A stretch of 64,000 nt of DNA from an uncultured bacterium (GCA_965372795.1 CBDVDR010000002.1:224001-288000); one strand, 5' to 3'. Shown: positions 37,524-47,618, counted from the stretch's first letter. Notes: generated by a model not told the origin, from the letters alone. Numbers and translations are program-made.

Positions 37524-40256
37524 CTAATTAACATACCAGAAAGAACAGGGCTCATCACCATTGTTAAACATATACTCGACAAAAAAGGTGATATCGGAAA
37601 TGTCAATAAATTCAGAACAGTTGACATCGCCGGATTGATAAGGATCAGGTACCGGACCGTTATCAAAAAGATAAGTTACCAATGATGTCAGATCAGATAT
37701 TCCAATCTCTTCATCATCATTGAGATCACCCGATTGTACCCACATACCAAGCGTACTGGTGAACTTAATAGAACTTTCATCACTGACGATATGTTCAGGT
37801 ATGTCACCATTGTCAAAATAACTATATGCTTCGCAATCTATAGCTGATAGTCCAATAAGTACCGATTGTTCAAGACTGCTGCTACCTATGTTTTGATATT
37901 GAAAAAGAATCCCTTTGTCTTTTGTTAATATTATTTCAAAATTCAGGGTCGAATCACCGTACTGATTGAAATTAGTAGGGCGATACCATTCAATAACCAT
38001 TGTATCCGATTTTTTCCAAATATAAAGTCCCGCATCGGCTACTAAATTTGTATCAAAAACAAGATCGCTCCAATACGCTGAAATAAATGAATTAAACGGC
38101 GCACCGGGAAGATCAAAGTTCCCGTAGTAGCCATTTGAATTGACATTTGCGTCTGTAAACGATATTCCGCCGTTGACACCGATGTAAACCTGTGTAAAAA
38201 TTTGTCCATAGAATTCAAAATCAAAAGATGTTGTAATCGGACCGGCCGAGCCATCATCCAGGGGATTTCCGCCGGATGAATTATAAAAGGTACTAAAGGG
38301 GATTTTAAATCCGTTATCTTTAGCAGACATCCAATTATAAGTTGGACCATCCGGTTCTGTTGATAATACTCCTCGATAAGTAGTATCGTAGCAGGGGACT
38401 TGTAAAAAAGTTAAAACTGAAAATTCAGAATCCAGATTTCCAACCTGCCCCCAGGCAATATCTATCGAGCCTTTGTAAGACTCAATACGGTCACCTAAAA
38501 CAGAAGCGTCAAGGGTAACTTCGATTAGAAACGAATCAGCTTGATTGACAATTCCTGAGGTTGGGAACACTGTCAACCAATCAGGGGATACCGCTTTGTC
38601 AATTGAATCAAGGGCAGTGATAGCAAAATCATAAGGTAAAGAATTGGACCGGTTTTTTATCCAAAGATCAAATACGGCAGAATTGCCTTCATCTAACACG
38701 GTATCGATTACTAATATATCAGTATAAATTGAAGGAGGAGGAACAGCAGCCGGAATAGCAGCCAGTAAATTTGGTCGCGGTCCAATATGCTTGGAGACAT
38801 CTCCAAGCTGAGCTGTTCCGGTTGCCACAAGATAATCTCTGATTAAATCAGAAGTAAGCGGGACACCATAAGCCGCCTTGTAGTAGCCCTGTAAACAAGC
38901 GGCAGTACCGGTAATAATCGGCGAGGCAGAAGAAGTTCCGCCAAAACTGTTGGTATAATATTGATTTTCATCACCACCACCGTCAAAAAGAGCACCATAG
39001 CCAGTGGTGTAAACTCCCGAGCCATAACCCTGAAGATTTACCCGTTCACCATAATTTGAAAAACCATGTTTTTGTAAATTTGACGATGAAGCTGCCGGGT
39101 ATCCGGCACCTACGATAATTGCATGTGAGTTGCGATAGGTGGTATCGAACAGATCACCATAGAGGGCGGGGTCATCATAATTTTCACCGCCATTGCCACC
39201 TGCTTCAATTACAACAATACCGTGTGCCCAGGCATAAAGAATCGCATCATAATTTGCCTGCCAGTATTCCATGCAGACATATCCAAGCTGATCACTTCTG
39301 GTTTGGAAATTATAATGAGGTCCCGGGGCATGAAGCTCGATTAAAATTAAATCACCCTGAACCAAATTTTCTGTAGCTGTAATAAGGGCTTCAGAAGTAG
39401 CCATAGTCCCGATAGAAATCATCCCTATATCTGAGCCGGGACAAATTCCAGTGACGCCATAGCCATTATCTCCGGCAATCATTACTCCAATAACTGCAGT
39501 CCCATGATTGCGCCAACTGGGATCGTTAATCATCGTTCCTGCAATCAATCCGTTGGCTGCTTTGTCAAGGTCTTCATGAGTCGTCTGCCAACCACCTTCA
39601 ATATCTATAATTTTAACGCCTGTGCCGTCGCCTCCCGGTAAAGTATTGGCATAATCAGCATCAACTCCAGCCGGAGCGGCTTCACGATAATCCTGATTTG
39701 GTTGATAATCCGGGGTCGTGGGTGAAATATCATCAGCCAGCTCTGGCATCGGTTCAAAATAAGCAATTTCAACGTACTCAAGAGCGTTCAAATCATTAAT
39801 CAAATTTTCCGCTTCCAAAGCATTTGAAATTTCAATTTTATAATAGCTATTTAAATCAGCCAGTTGCTGGCGGCTTCGTGCTTCAAGAACTTCTTTCTTA
39901 CGATCCAGTTTTTCTTCGGAGAAACCGGTAAAGAGTCTTCTGAAACTTGAATTATAATGGAATCTCAATTTCTCATCAGCCTGATTTACATTAAAACCTG
40001 CTTTTGAGATTAATTTATCAGCTCGTTTTCGAACCTTGTAATCATCTTTGAATTTAACAATAACTCCGGAAATATTTGTCCCGGAAGGTACGATAGTTTT
40101 GTTTGGTTTAATTGCAGCTTGTCGCGGTTTGAGAACTTTTCCATTTTTGATCAGATCTGTTTTTTTAGCAGAATCAACAGTGAGGGGTAAGATAAAAAGA
40201 ACAGTAAAAATGCCAATAAGAGTAAAAATTTTCCAATTTTTAAGACGAGGCGTCAT
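37524..40256 (-). CDS. Secreted S8 (subtilisin-like) serine peptidase with propeptide, NIDO-like region and C-terminal twin dockerin-like repeats
   Basis: Triad IIDIE / HGTAV / GTSSASP, oxyanion GGNG; GDLNDD..IGISDLT.LV.YLF and GDVNCS..IDISDIT.FV.YMF; start moved to ATG 40256 after GGAGG. Confidence 0.9.
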   Translation of the reverse strand: MTPRLKNWKIFTLIGIFTVLFILPLTVDSAKKTDLIKNGKVLKPRQAAIKPNKTIVPSGTNISGVIVKFKDDYKVRKRADKLISKAGFNVNQADEKLRFHYNSSFRRLFTGFSEEKLDRKKEVLEARSRQQLADLNSYYKIEISNALEAENLINDLNALEYVEIAYFEPMPELADDISPTTPDYQPNQDYREAAPAGVDADYANTLPGGDGTGVKIIDIEGGWQTTHEDLDKAANGLIAGTMINDPSWRNHGTAVIGVMIAGDNGYGVTGICPGSDIGMISIGTMATSEALITATENLVQGDLILIELHAPGPHYNFQTRSDQLGYVCMEYWQANYDAILYAWAHGIVVIEAGGNGGENYDDPALYGDLFDTTYRNSHAIIVGAGYPAASSSNLQKHGFSNYGERVNLQGYGSGVYTTGYGALFDGGGDENQYYTNSFGGTSSASPIITGTAACLQGYYKAAYGVPLTSDLIRDYLVATGTAQLGDVSKHIGPRPNLLAAIPAAVPPPSIYTDILVIDTVLDEGNSAVFDLWIKNRSNSLPYDFAITALDSIDKAVSPDWLTVFPTSGIVNQADSFLIEVTLDASVLGDRIESYKGSIDIAWGQVGNLDSEFSVLTFLQVPCYDTTYRGVLSTEPDGPTYNWMSAKDNGFKIPFSTFYNSSGGNPLDDGSAGPITTSFDFEFYGQIFTQVYIGVNGGISFTDANVNSNGYYGNFDLPGAPFNSFISAYWSDLVFDTNLVADAGLYIWKKSDTMVIEWYRPTNFNQYGDSTLNFEIILTKDKGILFQYQNIGSSSLEQSVLIGLSAIDCEAYSYFDNGDIPEHIVSDESSIKFTSTLGMWVQSGDLNDDEEIGISDLTSLVTYLFDNGPVPDPYQSGDVNCSEFIDISDITFFVEYMFNNGDEPCSFWYVN

Positions 40257-40330
40257 TATTCCTCCATGCTTGTTTACGTCTAATTTTCTAACAGCAGTAA
40301 ATGATTGGATCAAATAGTTCGTACGATCCC

Positions 40331-40358
40331 AATATAGCTACAATCTCATGTTTGTCAA
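40331..40358 (-). promoter_or_regulatory. sigma70 promoter TTGACA-16-TATATT
   Basis: Read on the minus strand upstream of the S8 peptidase. Confidence 0.45.
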
Positions 40359-40403
40359 TTAGTTACTATTATGACTATCGGCAAGATGAGTAGAGGAATG
40401 TAC

Positions 40404-41804
40404 TTAAATTTTAGATAAGCGGTTTTTACCATTAATCTTAGGAATTTTTAATGGATATTTACCTGAAAAACAACTGGTACAAAACGATGTATTTGGCAGC
40501 GATGGCATTGAAACCATTCCTTCAATCGAGAGATAACGGAGAGAATCCACTTTTAAATATTTCTCAATCTTTTCAACTGAAGTATTTGCAGCAATCAACT
40601 CTTCCCGAGTCGGCATATCTACTCCAAAGAAACAGGGCGAGATAATCGGTGGTGATGATATTCTGAAATGAATCTCTTTAGCACCTGCTTCCCGAATTAA
40701 TTTAACCAGTTTTTTGGCTGTTGTTCCACGGACAATGGAGTCATCAACTACAATAACTCGGCGACCTTCAAGGACACCTTTTACGGGATTAAATTTAACT
40801 TTTACATCTAAATCCCTGATTTTTTGATTAGGGTCGATAAAGGTTCTGCCCACATAATGATTGCGGATTAAGCCGATTTCAAATCGGATACCCGACTCTT
40901 CAGAATAACCCAAAGTGGCAGTATTGGCTGAATCTGGAATACCGATTACAATATCAGCATCGACCGGATGTTCTTTGGCAAGTAATCGACCAAGGCGACG
41001 ACGCACTTTATCGACATTCTCACCAAACACTTTTGAGTCTGGTCTGGCAAAATAAATATATTCGAAAATACAAGACTGGAGTTTCGTTTTTTTCATTGGA
41101 AAATATGATTTCAGCCCCTTATCAGAGATTTCTAAAACTTCACCGGGTTCTACATCTCTAACATACTTTGCACCGATAATATCAAAGGCACAAGTCTCTG
41201 AAGCTACAATCCAGGAATTTCTAAATTTACCAAGTGCAAGAGGTCGGAAGCCATAGGAATCACGAGCTGCTATAATTGAATTGTCAGTTAGAAATAGAAA
41301 AGAGAAGGCACCCTTTAAGTTTGAGAGAGTTGAGCAAATCTGTTCAATTCTATTCTTCCTTCGCGATTGGGCAATAAGGTGGAGGACTATCTCGGTATCG
41401 GAAGTAGTTTGAAATATAGCGCCTTTTGCATCAAGTTTGATTCTTAATTCGTGTGAATTAGTCAGGTTTCCATTATGACAGATGGCCAATGGTTTTGAGC
41501 GATTTGTTATAATGAAGGGCTGAATATTTATAAGCGAAGATGCTCCGGTGGTGCTGTAGCGAGTATGGCCGATGGAGTTTCTTCCGGTTAATTTTTTTAT
41601 CTTTTGGGGGTCGGAAAAAACCTGAGGGACTTCACCCATTCCTTTATGTAGTTTAAATAAACCATTGTCGGATGTAACGATACCGGCGGATTCATGTCCT
41701 CGATGTTGGAGTGAGTATAGTCCAAAATAAGTTAATTCAGCTGCTTTGGTGTGATTGAAAATTCCAACAACGCCACATTCATCATTGATAATTGGCTCTA
41801 ACAT
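40404..41804 (-). CDS. purF: Amidophosphoribosyltransferase
   Basis: Propeptide then ECGVVG, LQHRG, GHTRYST, VVDDSIVRGTT, Fe-S Cys (CTSCF). Confidence 0.97.
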   Translation of the reverse strand: MLEPIINDECGVVGIFNHTKAAELTYFGLYSLQHRGHESAGIVTSDNGLFKLHKGMGEVPQVFSDPQKIKKLTGRNSIGHTRYSTTGASSLINIQPFIITNRSKPLAICHNGNLTNSHELRIKLDAKGAIFQTTSDTEIVLHLIAQSRRKNRIEQICSTLSNLKGAFSFLFLTDNSIIAARDSYGFRPLALGKFRNSWIVASETCAFDIIGAKYVRDVEPGEVLEISDKGLKSYFPMKKTKLQSCIFEYIYFARPDSKVFGENVDKVRRRLGRLLAKEHPVDADIVIGIPDSANTATLGYSEESGIRFEIGLIRNHYVGRTFIDPNQKIRDLDVKVKFNPVKGVLEGRRVIVVDDSIVRGTTAKKLVKLIREAGAKEIHFRISSPPIISPCFFGVDMPTREELIAANTSVEKIEKYLKVDSLRYLSIEGMVSMPSLPNTSFCTSCFSGKYPLKIPKINGKNRLSKI

Positions 41805-41841
41805 TGTTCTAAGTCGCCTCCTTGTATCTTAGAAAAAACTC

Positions 41842-41870
41842 AATCTATGCCTCTTGGTGTTAAATGTCAA
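41842..41870 (-). promoter_or_regulatory. sigma70 promoter of purF TTGACA-17-TAGATT
   Basis: Perfect -35 with 17-bp spacer. Confidence 0.6.
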
Positions 41871-41939
41871 TTGCTTTATGAATGGCTTTTTTGCAAAATA
41901 ATATGCAGAGAGTTGCATTAACAGTTATTTGAAAAATGT

Positions 41940-42058
41940 TGTTCAAAAAATGAACAGAGAAAAGACTGGAATAAAGCCTGTTTATTCGCTATTTTAGGGA
42001 TGCATCTCAAAATTTACTGCAGAAGAATGGATTCTTCCCAAAGGGCATTGCATTTGCT
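41940..42058 (+). promoter_or_regulatory. Candidate sigma54 promoter (GGGCAT-N5-TTGCT, 42043-42058) with upstream inverted repeat TGTTCA-N5-TGAACA (41940-41956)
   Basis: GG-N10-GC spacing correct; palindrome about 90-100 bp upstream. Confidence 0.4.
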
Positions 42059-42071
42059 CAAAGAGAGATTG

Positions 42072-42848
42072 ATGAGTACTGAAAACCAAAAATTTAACCG
42101 CTTTGAAATATTGAGCCATCTTGCCATTGATGGGGCTCAAGGCAAGGATATCAAAGAGATTGCCGATATGGCTCTTGCCTGGGCATCTGACTATGTGGGA
42201 TTAACTGCTGCCTCATTATATCTCTGGGATGATAAATCCGAAGTTACAATGTCAGTCGAATTTTCAAATTCTGATTCTTCAAGGAAATATCTCAATGAGC
42301 TTGAAGAAGACTTGTTTCGGAAGCTTCGAAAAGAGGTTTCTCTGTCTTCAGCGTATATGAGTTTTGATGGGGATCCGGAATATCATTCTTTTACTCTTCC
42401 TTTAAAATATGGAAATAAAAAATTTGGAGCCATTATTGGTTTGCAGGAAGGTAAACGAACTTTATTAATTGAGGAACTTTTTCTGGAGTCGATGACTGCA
42501 ATTATCGGTTTAAGTTACGCTATTCAAGTCGTTGATGCAAAGGCTGATACGCATAAGTCGGAAATTAACAGAGAGAGAACTCAGGCAATTATAGAGACGG
42601 CAATTACTATCAATCATGAGATCAATAATCCATTAACTGCGATTCTTGGAAATATTCAACTGCTTTTAATGGATGAAGATAAGCTTTCTAAAGAGCTAAA
42701 AGGGAAACTTGAGATTGTCGAAGAATCGGCTCTTAAAATAAAAGATGTTGTTCAGAAGTTATTAAAGCTTACCAGCCCCAGATCAGTAGAGTATGCTAAC
42801 GGCACAAATATGATTGATCTTAATGGTGATGAAGACAGCGATAAGTAG
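42072..42848 (+). CDS. GAF-like plus HisKA (DHp) protein lacking a HATPase domain
   Basis: H-box INHEINNPLTAILG near the C-terminus; ORF ends about 70 aa later with no N/G1/F/G2 boxes; start uncertain. Confidence 0.75.
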   Translation: MSTENQKFNRFEILSHLAIDGAQGKDIKEIADMALAWASDYVGLTAASLYLWDDKSEVTMSVEFSNSDSSRKYLNELEEDLFRKLRKEVSLSSAYMSFDGDPEYHSFTLPLKYGNKKFGAIIGLQEGKRTLLIEELFLESMTAIIGLSYAIQVVDAKADTHKSEINRERTQAIIETAITINHEINNPLTAILGNIQLLLMDEDKLSKELKGKLEIVEESALKIKDVVQKLLKLTSPRSVEYANGTNMIDLNGDEDSDK

Positions 42849-42852
42849 CTGT

Positions 42853-43629
42853 TTATTGATTCAAATACAACCAATCCAATAGAATTTTCATTGCATCGGT
42901 ACTGTTATTTATTATCGTCGTACCGTGATCTTTGCCGTCGAAAATTTCTAATCCGATTCTTTTCTTGTCTAAAGAACTTAACTTTCGAGATGATTCAGCT
43001 GAATAGCTGTCATCTTCTGCTGAGAAAATAAGAACTTTTCCCGTAAATTCAGCCAATGATTTTTGAGGAATCAATCCTCGATAATTTTCACCGGGGGAGA
43101 GCATGACAACTTTTTTAGTTCCGGGGATTATCGCACCCGCCATAACTGAAGAGTTGGCTCCAATCGAGGCGTCGATTATTATAATATTGGCTTGGTCAAT
43201 ATTGTAAGTAGTGTCTGATAGAAAATTGGTGACGACCTCTTTAATATCATCAGGGATTAGTACGAAATCATCTTCGCTCATATTTTTAAAACTAAAGGTT
43301 TTATCTCCGGCTTTTGTTGATTTTCCATGTCCTCTCAAATCAAGGGAGAGGATATATGGCACAGGTTTATTTTCCAATTTATTCCGTTTATAAAGGGCAT
43401 TCACAAATGGATCATAGCTTTCGTGGGTATGTCCCATCATTGGCAATAGAACATATAAGGGGGCTTTTAAATTTTTGGAATCCGATGACACCCAGCCGAA
43501 AATCTCAAGACCATCGGGAAGTTTATAACTAATTTCTTCGGTTTGATATTGTTCGATTATCGAGGCATTTACAATAAGAATTCCTATCAATAACAGAAAT
43601 ATTATAAATACAGATACAACTTTGTACAT
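42853..43629 (-). CDS. Exported alpha/beta hydrolase
   Basis: Signal/TM segment, DLRGHG, nucleophile elbow DASIG, LSPG, acid DD, HGT. Confidence 0.85.
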   Translation of the reverse strand: MYKVVSVFIIFLLLIGILIVNASIIEQYQTEEISYKLPDGLEIFGWVSSDSKNLKAPLYVLLPMMGHTHESYDPFVNALYKRNKLENKPVPYILSLDLRGHGKSTKAGDKTFSFKNMSEDDFVLIPDDIKEVVTNFLSDTTYNIDQANIIIIDASIGANSSVMAGAIIPGTKKVVMLSPGENYRGLIPQKSLAEFTGKVLIFSAEDDSYSAESSRKLSSLDKKRIGLEIFDGKDHGTTIINNSTDAMKILLDWLYLNQ

Positions 43630-43722
43630 CTAACCAAACCCTCAAAGTTACAAGATTCAACCGAAGAATACTTTAGGTTAAAAGCGTAATCAACAAAAAC
43701 AGGGTAGAGAACATGTAGAAAT

Positions 43723-43753
43723 AAAAAAAAGCAGTCACACTGTGACTGCTTTT
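43723..43753 (-). terminator. Rho-independent terminator
   Basis: AAAAGCAGTCACA-C-TGTGACTGCTTTT perfect hairpin with 8 U on the minus strand, 20 bp after the stop at 43773. Confidence 0.85.
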
Positions 43754-43772
43754 GACAATTTTGGAATTAAAA

Positions 43773-44498
43773 TTAGATATATTTGTTTTGAAATTGAATC
43801 AGGAGTTTGCTGAGGGTCTTAGCGTGTTCTTTATATAGAGCCATCTCCTCATTGTCGCAGCATTCTTTCATTAAAAGAGCAGTCTCTTTTATAGCCTTAA
43901 ATTCAATAATGAGGGCATCTTTCTGTTCTTTCAGTTCATCAGGAATCGATGCTTCGTTCAGGAACTTGACTTTTGCTGCCAAAGTTTCAGTAGAACCAAT
44001 AATGCCATCTTTGTTATCAATCGGAAGATGTGATTCAAGAATCAGATTCAGGGTTATCACAATTCCGCTTATTTCCGGATAATGAACCGGCAGGACCGAG
44101 GAGGCGGTCATTTCGAAAGCATCATGAAGGTCCGGCATTAGTTTATAGGCTAATTCCCGGTCATTATTTTTGCAAGCCAGCGCAAATTGCTCAACCAGAA
44201 CTTTGAATTGTTTCCTTAGTTCAAGGAATGTTTTCGTTCTTGTCTCGGTTTTTAAATCAGGTTTCATTTCGGCGATGCCGATAAATTTTTTGGCAAACAA
44301 AGGTCCGGCGGCAAGCAAGGCTTCAAAATCTTTATTGGGCCAGGCCTTGTGCCAGACGGGAGCCATTATTTCATGAAATTCACCAAAGGCGTTATGTCCT
44401 TTTTTTGCAGCGATATCAGCCGGACAGCCACTTTCCTGGGCAAAGATACTCCCTGCCAATAAAGATGCGATAATCAATAGAATCACGATCTTTTTCAT
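43773..44498 (-). CDS. Exported helical hypothetical protein with internal duplication
   Basis: Signal peptide (IFA|Q); FHEIMAPVWH...LHDAFE; two repeats of about 100 aa. Confidence 0.7.
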   Translation of the reverse strand: MKKIVILLIIASLLAGSIFAQESGCPADIAAKKGHNAFGEFHEIMAPVWHKAWPNKDFEALLAAGPLFAKKFIGIAEMKPDLKTETRTKTFLELRKQFKVLVEQFALACKNNDRELAYKLMPDLHDAFEMTASSVLPVHYPEISGIVITLNLILESHLPIDNKDGIIGSTETLAAKVKFLNEASIPDELKEQKDALIIEFKAIKETALLMKECCDNEEMALYKEHAKTLSKLLIQFQNKYI

Positions 44499-44528
44499 TT
44501 TTCCCTCTCTTGTATCGAATGAATATAA

Positions 44529-45677
44529 TTAGATTACATTTGTTTCATCAACAAGAACACCCTCAGCAAACCGATTGGGTGATAAAGCCGAGATGTCTAT
44601 CGTAGGCTTTTGGCCACTTATAATCTCAGCTGTAATCAATCCGGCTGCCGGAGCCTGCATAAATCCATGTCCTGAAAAACCAACCACATGAAACATACCT
44701 TTAATGACCGGTTCCCAGCCTATTATAGCATGATGGTCAGGGGTTGTTTCATAGAGTCCTGCCCATTGATTCGCGATTTCCGCAGTTTCAAGGAGAGGCA
44801 TTCTATCAAGAGCTTTTTCAAGAATTGCATCGGTATAGTCAGGATCAATTGAAATATCGAATGATGGTTGAACTGTTTTATCAGCCCATCCAAGCAACAT
44901 ACCTTTTGATTCTTTATGGAAATAAAGTCCCGATTTGACATCCACCACCATCGGGAAATCCGGTTTTACAAAATCCAGTTCTCCGGTAGTAACGATTTGT
45001 CTGCGGATCGGATCAACTTTGAGATCTGCGCCAACCATTTTGCCTATTAATCCAGCTTGAGGTCCGGCACAATTGACAACCAGCTTGGTCGCTATAGTTC
45101 CCTTTGATGTTTGAACTTCAGTGATCGTCTCACCATTAGTGGCAATGCCGGTTACTTCAGTATCATATTCAATATCAGCGCCATTTTTTCTGGCTGCTTT
45201 TTCGTATCCGCTAAGAAATTCATAAGGATCGCCTAAACCATCATCAGGGCAGAAGGTCGCTAATTTTATATTATCAAGGCTTATATGGGGTGCGTATTGA
45301 GCAATTTCGTCTACTGAGAGAAGTTTTACATTTAAACCAAGTGATTTTTGCAGCTCGTATGAATTTTTGAAAGCATCAATATGCTTTTCATCTTCCAGAA
45401 TGAACATATAACCAACCTGATCAAAAAGAGCCTTGAAACCGGTATCTTCTTCAAATTTACAGAATAATTTTTCAGATAACATCGACAATTCAATATTCAC
45501 CCGGCTGGTAAACTGGGCTCTGATTCCTCCGGCAGCTTTGGCTGTGGCACCGCTTCCGGGGACAGGTTCTTTTTCAATTAAGGTCACATGACCCAAATTC
45601 TGCTTGGAAAGGTAGAAGGCTGCTGCCATGCCGATAATGCCGCCGCCAATTATAACAATATCTGCTTGTGAACGCAT
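44529..45677 (-). CDS. FAD-dependent amino-acid oxidoreductase (DAO family; sarcosine oxidase beta / proline dehydrogenase beta-like)
   Basis: IIGGGIIG, GATAKAAGGIR, WAGLYETTPD, GFSGHGF. Confidence 0.9.
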   Translation of the reverse strand: MRSQADIVIIGGGIIGMAAAFYLSKQNLGHVTLIEKEPVPGSGATAKAAGGIRAQFTSRVNIELSMLSEKLFCKFEEDTGFKALFDQVGYMFILEDEKHIDAFKNSYELQKSLGLNVKLLSVDEIAQYAPHISLDNIKLATFCPDDGLGDPYEFLSGYEKAARKNGADIEYDTEVTGIATNGETITEVQTSKGTIATKLVVNCAGPQAGLIGKMVGADLKVDPIRRQIVTTGELDFVKPDFPMVVDVKSGLYFHKESKGMLLGWADKTVQPSFDISIDPDYTDAILEKALDRMPLLETAEIANQWAGLYETTPDHHAIIGWEPVIKGMFHVVGFSGHGFMQAPAAGLITAEIISGQKPTIDISALSPNRFAEGVLVDETNVI

Positions 45678-45701
45678 AAACTCCTCTTAAACATCCAATT
45701 A

Positions 45702-45749
45702 AAATGAATTATTTCACAAAAAGTTAAGGAAAAGTCTGGGAAAAATCAA
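45702..45749 (-). promoter_or_regulatory. sigma70 promoter TTGATT-17-TAACTT followed by Rex-like site TTGTGAA-ATAA-TTCATTT (45702-45719)
   Basis: 11/14 match to the Rex consensus, placed just downstream of the -10 as at iorA. Confidence 0.5.
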
Positions 45750-45866
45750 GATGATTCATTAAATTCGAGTCCCGAAGTTTTACCGAAGAATATACAGGTT
45801 TTTAGATATTTGAAGGAAAAGTTTAATCTTGAATGAAAGATTAAAAACGAATAGTATTACAGAATA

Positions 45867-47618
45867 ATGAATTATAAACTAATTAATAAATTATATAAGA
45901 AATTCAGTTTATCGGGTTCAAATGTCCTGATTATTCTGGCAATAATTGTCGGCTTAGCTACGGCGTTTGGGGCAATGGGATTTATAGCCTTAATTAGTTA
46001 TTTCAATGATCTCTTCTTCGGATTAACAGATCAACTTCTTACAGATTCAATCGGTGATAGAGGATTCAAATACTGGCTCCCGCTTATTCCGATGCTGGGT
46101 GGTTTAATAGTCGGTCCGATTATTTATAAATTTGCATCTGAAGCAAAAGGGCATGGGGTTCCGGAAGTCATGAACTCAGTCGCCCGAATGGGGGGGATAA
46201 TTCGTCCCAGAGTTGCTGTTGTAAAAACGGTTGCATCTGCAATCTGTATCGGGTCAGGAGGGTCGGCAGGACGCGAGGGACCAATTGTTCAAATTGGCTC
46301 GGCTATCGGATCAACCATCGGGCAGATGTTTCGCATGTCCAGTGATCGGGTAAAAATACTGGTTGGATGCGGAGCTGCTGCCGGAATTGCATCGGTCTTT
46401 AATGCACCTATTGCCGGCGTTATTTTTTCCTTAGAAATTATTTTAGGCGATTTTGCGATTAAAACATTCTCGCCTGTAATCTTATCCTCAGTTGTTGCAT
46501 CGGTTGTAACAAGAACTTTCATGGGTGACCATCCGGCATTTTCGGTCCCGGAATACTCTTTGATCTCGGCCTGGGAAATTCCATTATATGTCGCTATGGG
46601 AGGAATGTTGGGTGGTTTAGGCGTAACCTTTACCAGAACATTGGAGTTTTTCGAAGACGTTTTTGAAAAAATTAAAATGCACCCGATGTTGAAACCGGCC
46701 TTAGGCGGTTTACTAATGGGTAGCATTGCAATTTTTTACCCTCAGATTTTAGCTGATGGATACGAAACCATCAAACTAACTCTGTATGGCAGTATTACAA
46801 TAGGGTTGCTCTTATTGCTTATCGTTCTGAAAATGATTGCAACTTCGCTAACTTTGGGGTCAGGTAATTCCGGCGGTATTTTTGCGCCATCATTGTTTAT
46901 GGGAGCGGTTGCCGGAGGAGCTTATGGATTTGTAGTGAACTATTTATTTCCGGAAGTCACCGCCACGCCGGGAGCCTATGCTTTGGTTGGCATGGCTGGC
47001 ATGGTTGCCGCAACGACCCATGCCCCGATTACAGCTCTTTTAATTATATTTGAGATGACTTCTGATTATCGAATTATTTTGCCTTTGATGGTTACAGTTG
47101 TTTTTGCTGCCTTAGCTGCCGGGAAGCTGTTCAAGCATTCTATATATACCGTAAAACTGGCCAGGCGAGGGATTGATATTAAAGGCGGTAAAGATCTGAA
47201 TGTTTTAAGGTCGCATAAAGTATTAGAAATAATGGATCGCAGTTTTGAAACGATCCCGGCTGCGATGCCTTTGGCAAAGATACTACACACCATTGAGCAT
47301 ACTAAGGAAACTTATTTTGTCGTTGTTAACAAACAGGGCATGATGAAGGGCGTTCTATCATTTCAGGATATTCGATCACTTTTAAGCCAGCATACTCTTG
47401 ATTATCTGGTGATTGCCCAGGATGTTGTAAAAGAGGAAACGGTTTCTGTAACAGGCGATAATACTTTAGAAGATGCCTATCAACTTTTCGGCTTAAGGGA
47501 TTTAAAACTTCTGCCTGTGGTTGAGCATGAAAATTCTTCCAAAATTATAGGGGTTATCCGGCGGGACGATTTGATGAATTATTATAATCGACGGCTATTG
47601 GATACTTTGCATCATTAA
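45867..47618 (+). CDS. ClC-family chloride channel/antiporter with two CBS domains
   Basis: GHGVPE, GREGP, FNAPIAG, GGIFAP, SIY; C-terminal CBS pair. Confidence 0.93.
   Translation: MNYKLINKLYKKFSLSGSNVLIILAIIVGLATAFGAMGFIALISYFNDLFFGLTDQLLTDSIGDRGFKYWLPLIPMLGGLIVGPIIYKFASEAKGHGVPEVMNSVARMGGIIRPRVAVVKTVASAICIGSGGSAGREGPIVQIGSAIGSTIGQMFRMSSDRVKILVGCGAAAGIASVFNAPIAGVIFSLEIILGDFAIKTFSPVILSSVVASVVTRTFMGDHPAFSVPEYSLISAWEIPLYVAMGGMLGGLGVTFTRTLEFFEDVFEKIKMHPMLKPALGGLLMGSIAIFYPQILADGYETIKLTLYGSITIGLLLLLIVLKMIATSLTLGSGNSGGIFAPSLFMGAVAGGAYGFVVNYLFPEVTATPGAYALVGMAGMVAATTHAPITALLIIFEMTSDYRIILPLMVTVVFAALAAGKLFKHSIYTVKLARRGIDIKGGKDLNVLRSHKVLEIMDRSFETIPAAMPLAKILHTIEHTKETYFVVVNKQGMMKGVLSFQDIRSLLSQHTLDYLVIAQDVVKEETVSVTGDNTLEDAYQLFGLRDLKLLPVVEHENSSKIIGVIRRDDLMNYYNRRLLDTLHH

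Noticed and set aside
40375..40406. sigma28 promoter upstream of the S8 peptidase (GCCGATAG)
   Set aside because: Good -10, but no TAAA-like -35 at 15-bp spacing; a sigma70-like promoter lies closer to the gene
41882..41896. sigma54 box TGGCTTTTTTGC
   Set aside because: GG-to-GC spacing is 7, not 10
45867..47618. ClC selectivity motif GHGVP instead of GSGIP as a novelty
   Set aside because: To my knowledge a common variant in CBS-containing prokaryotic ClCs; the gating Glu (GREGP) is intact
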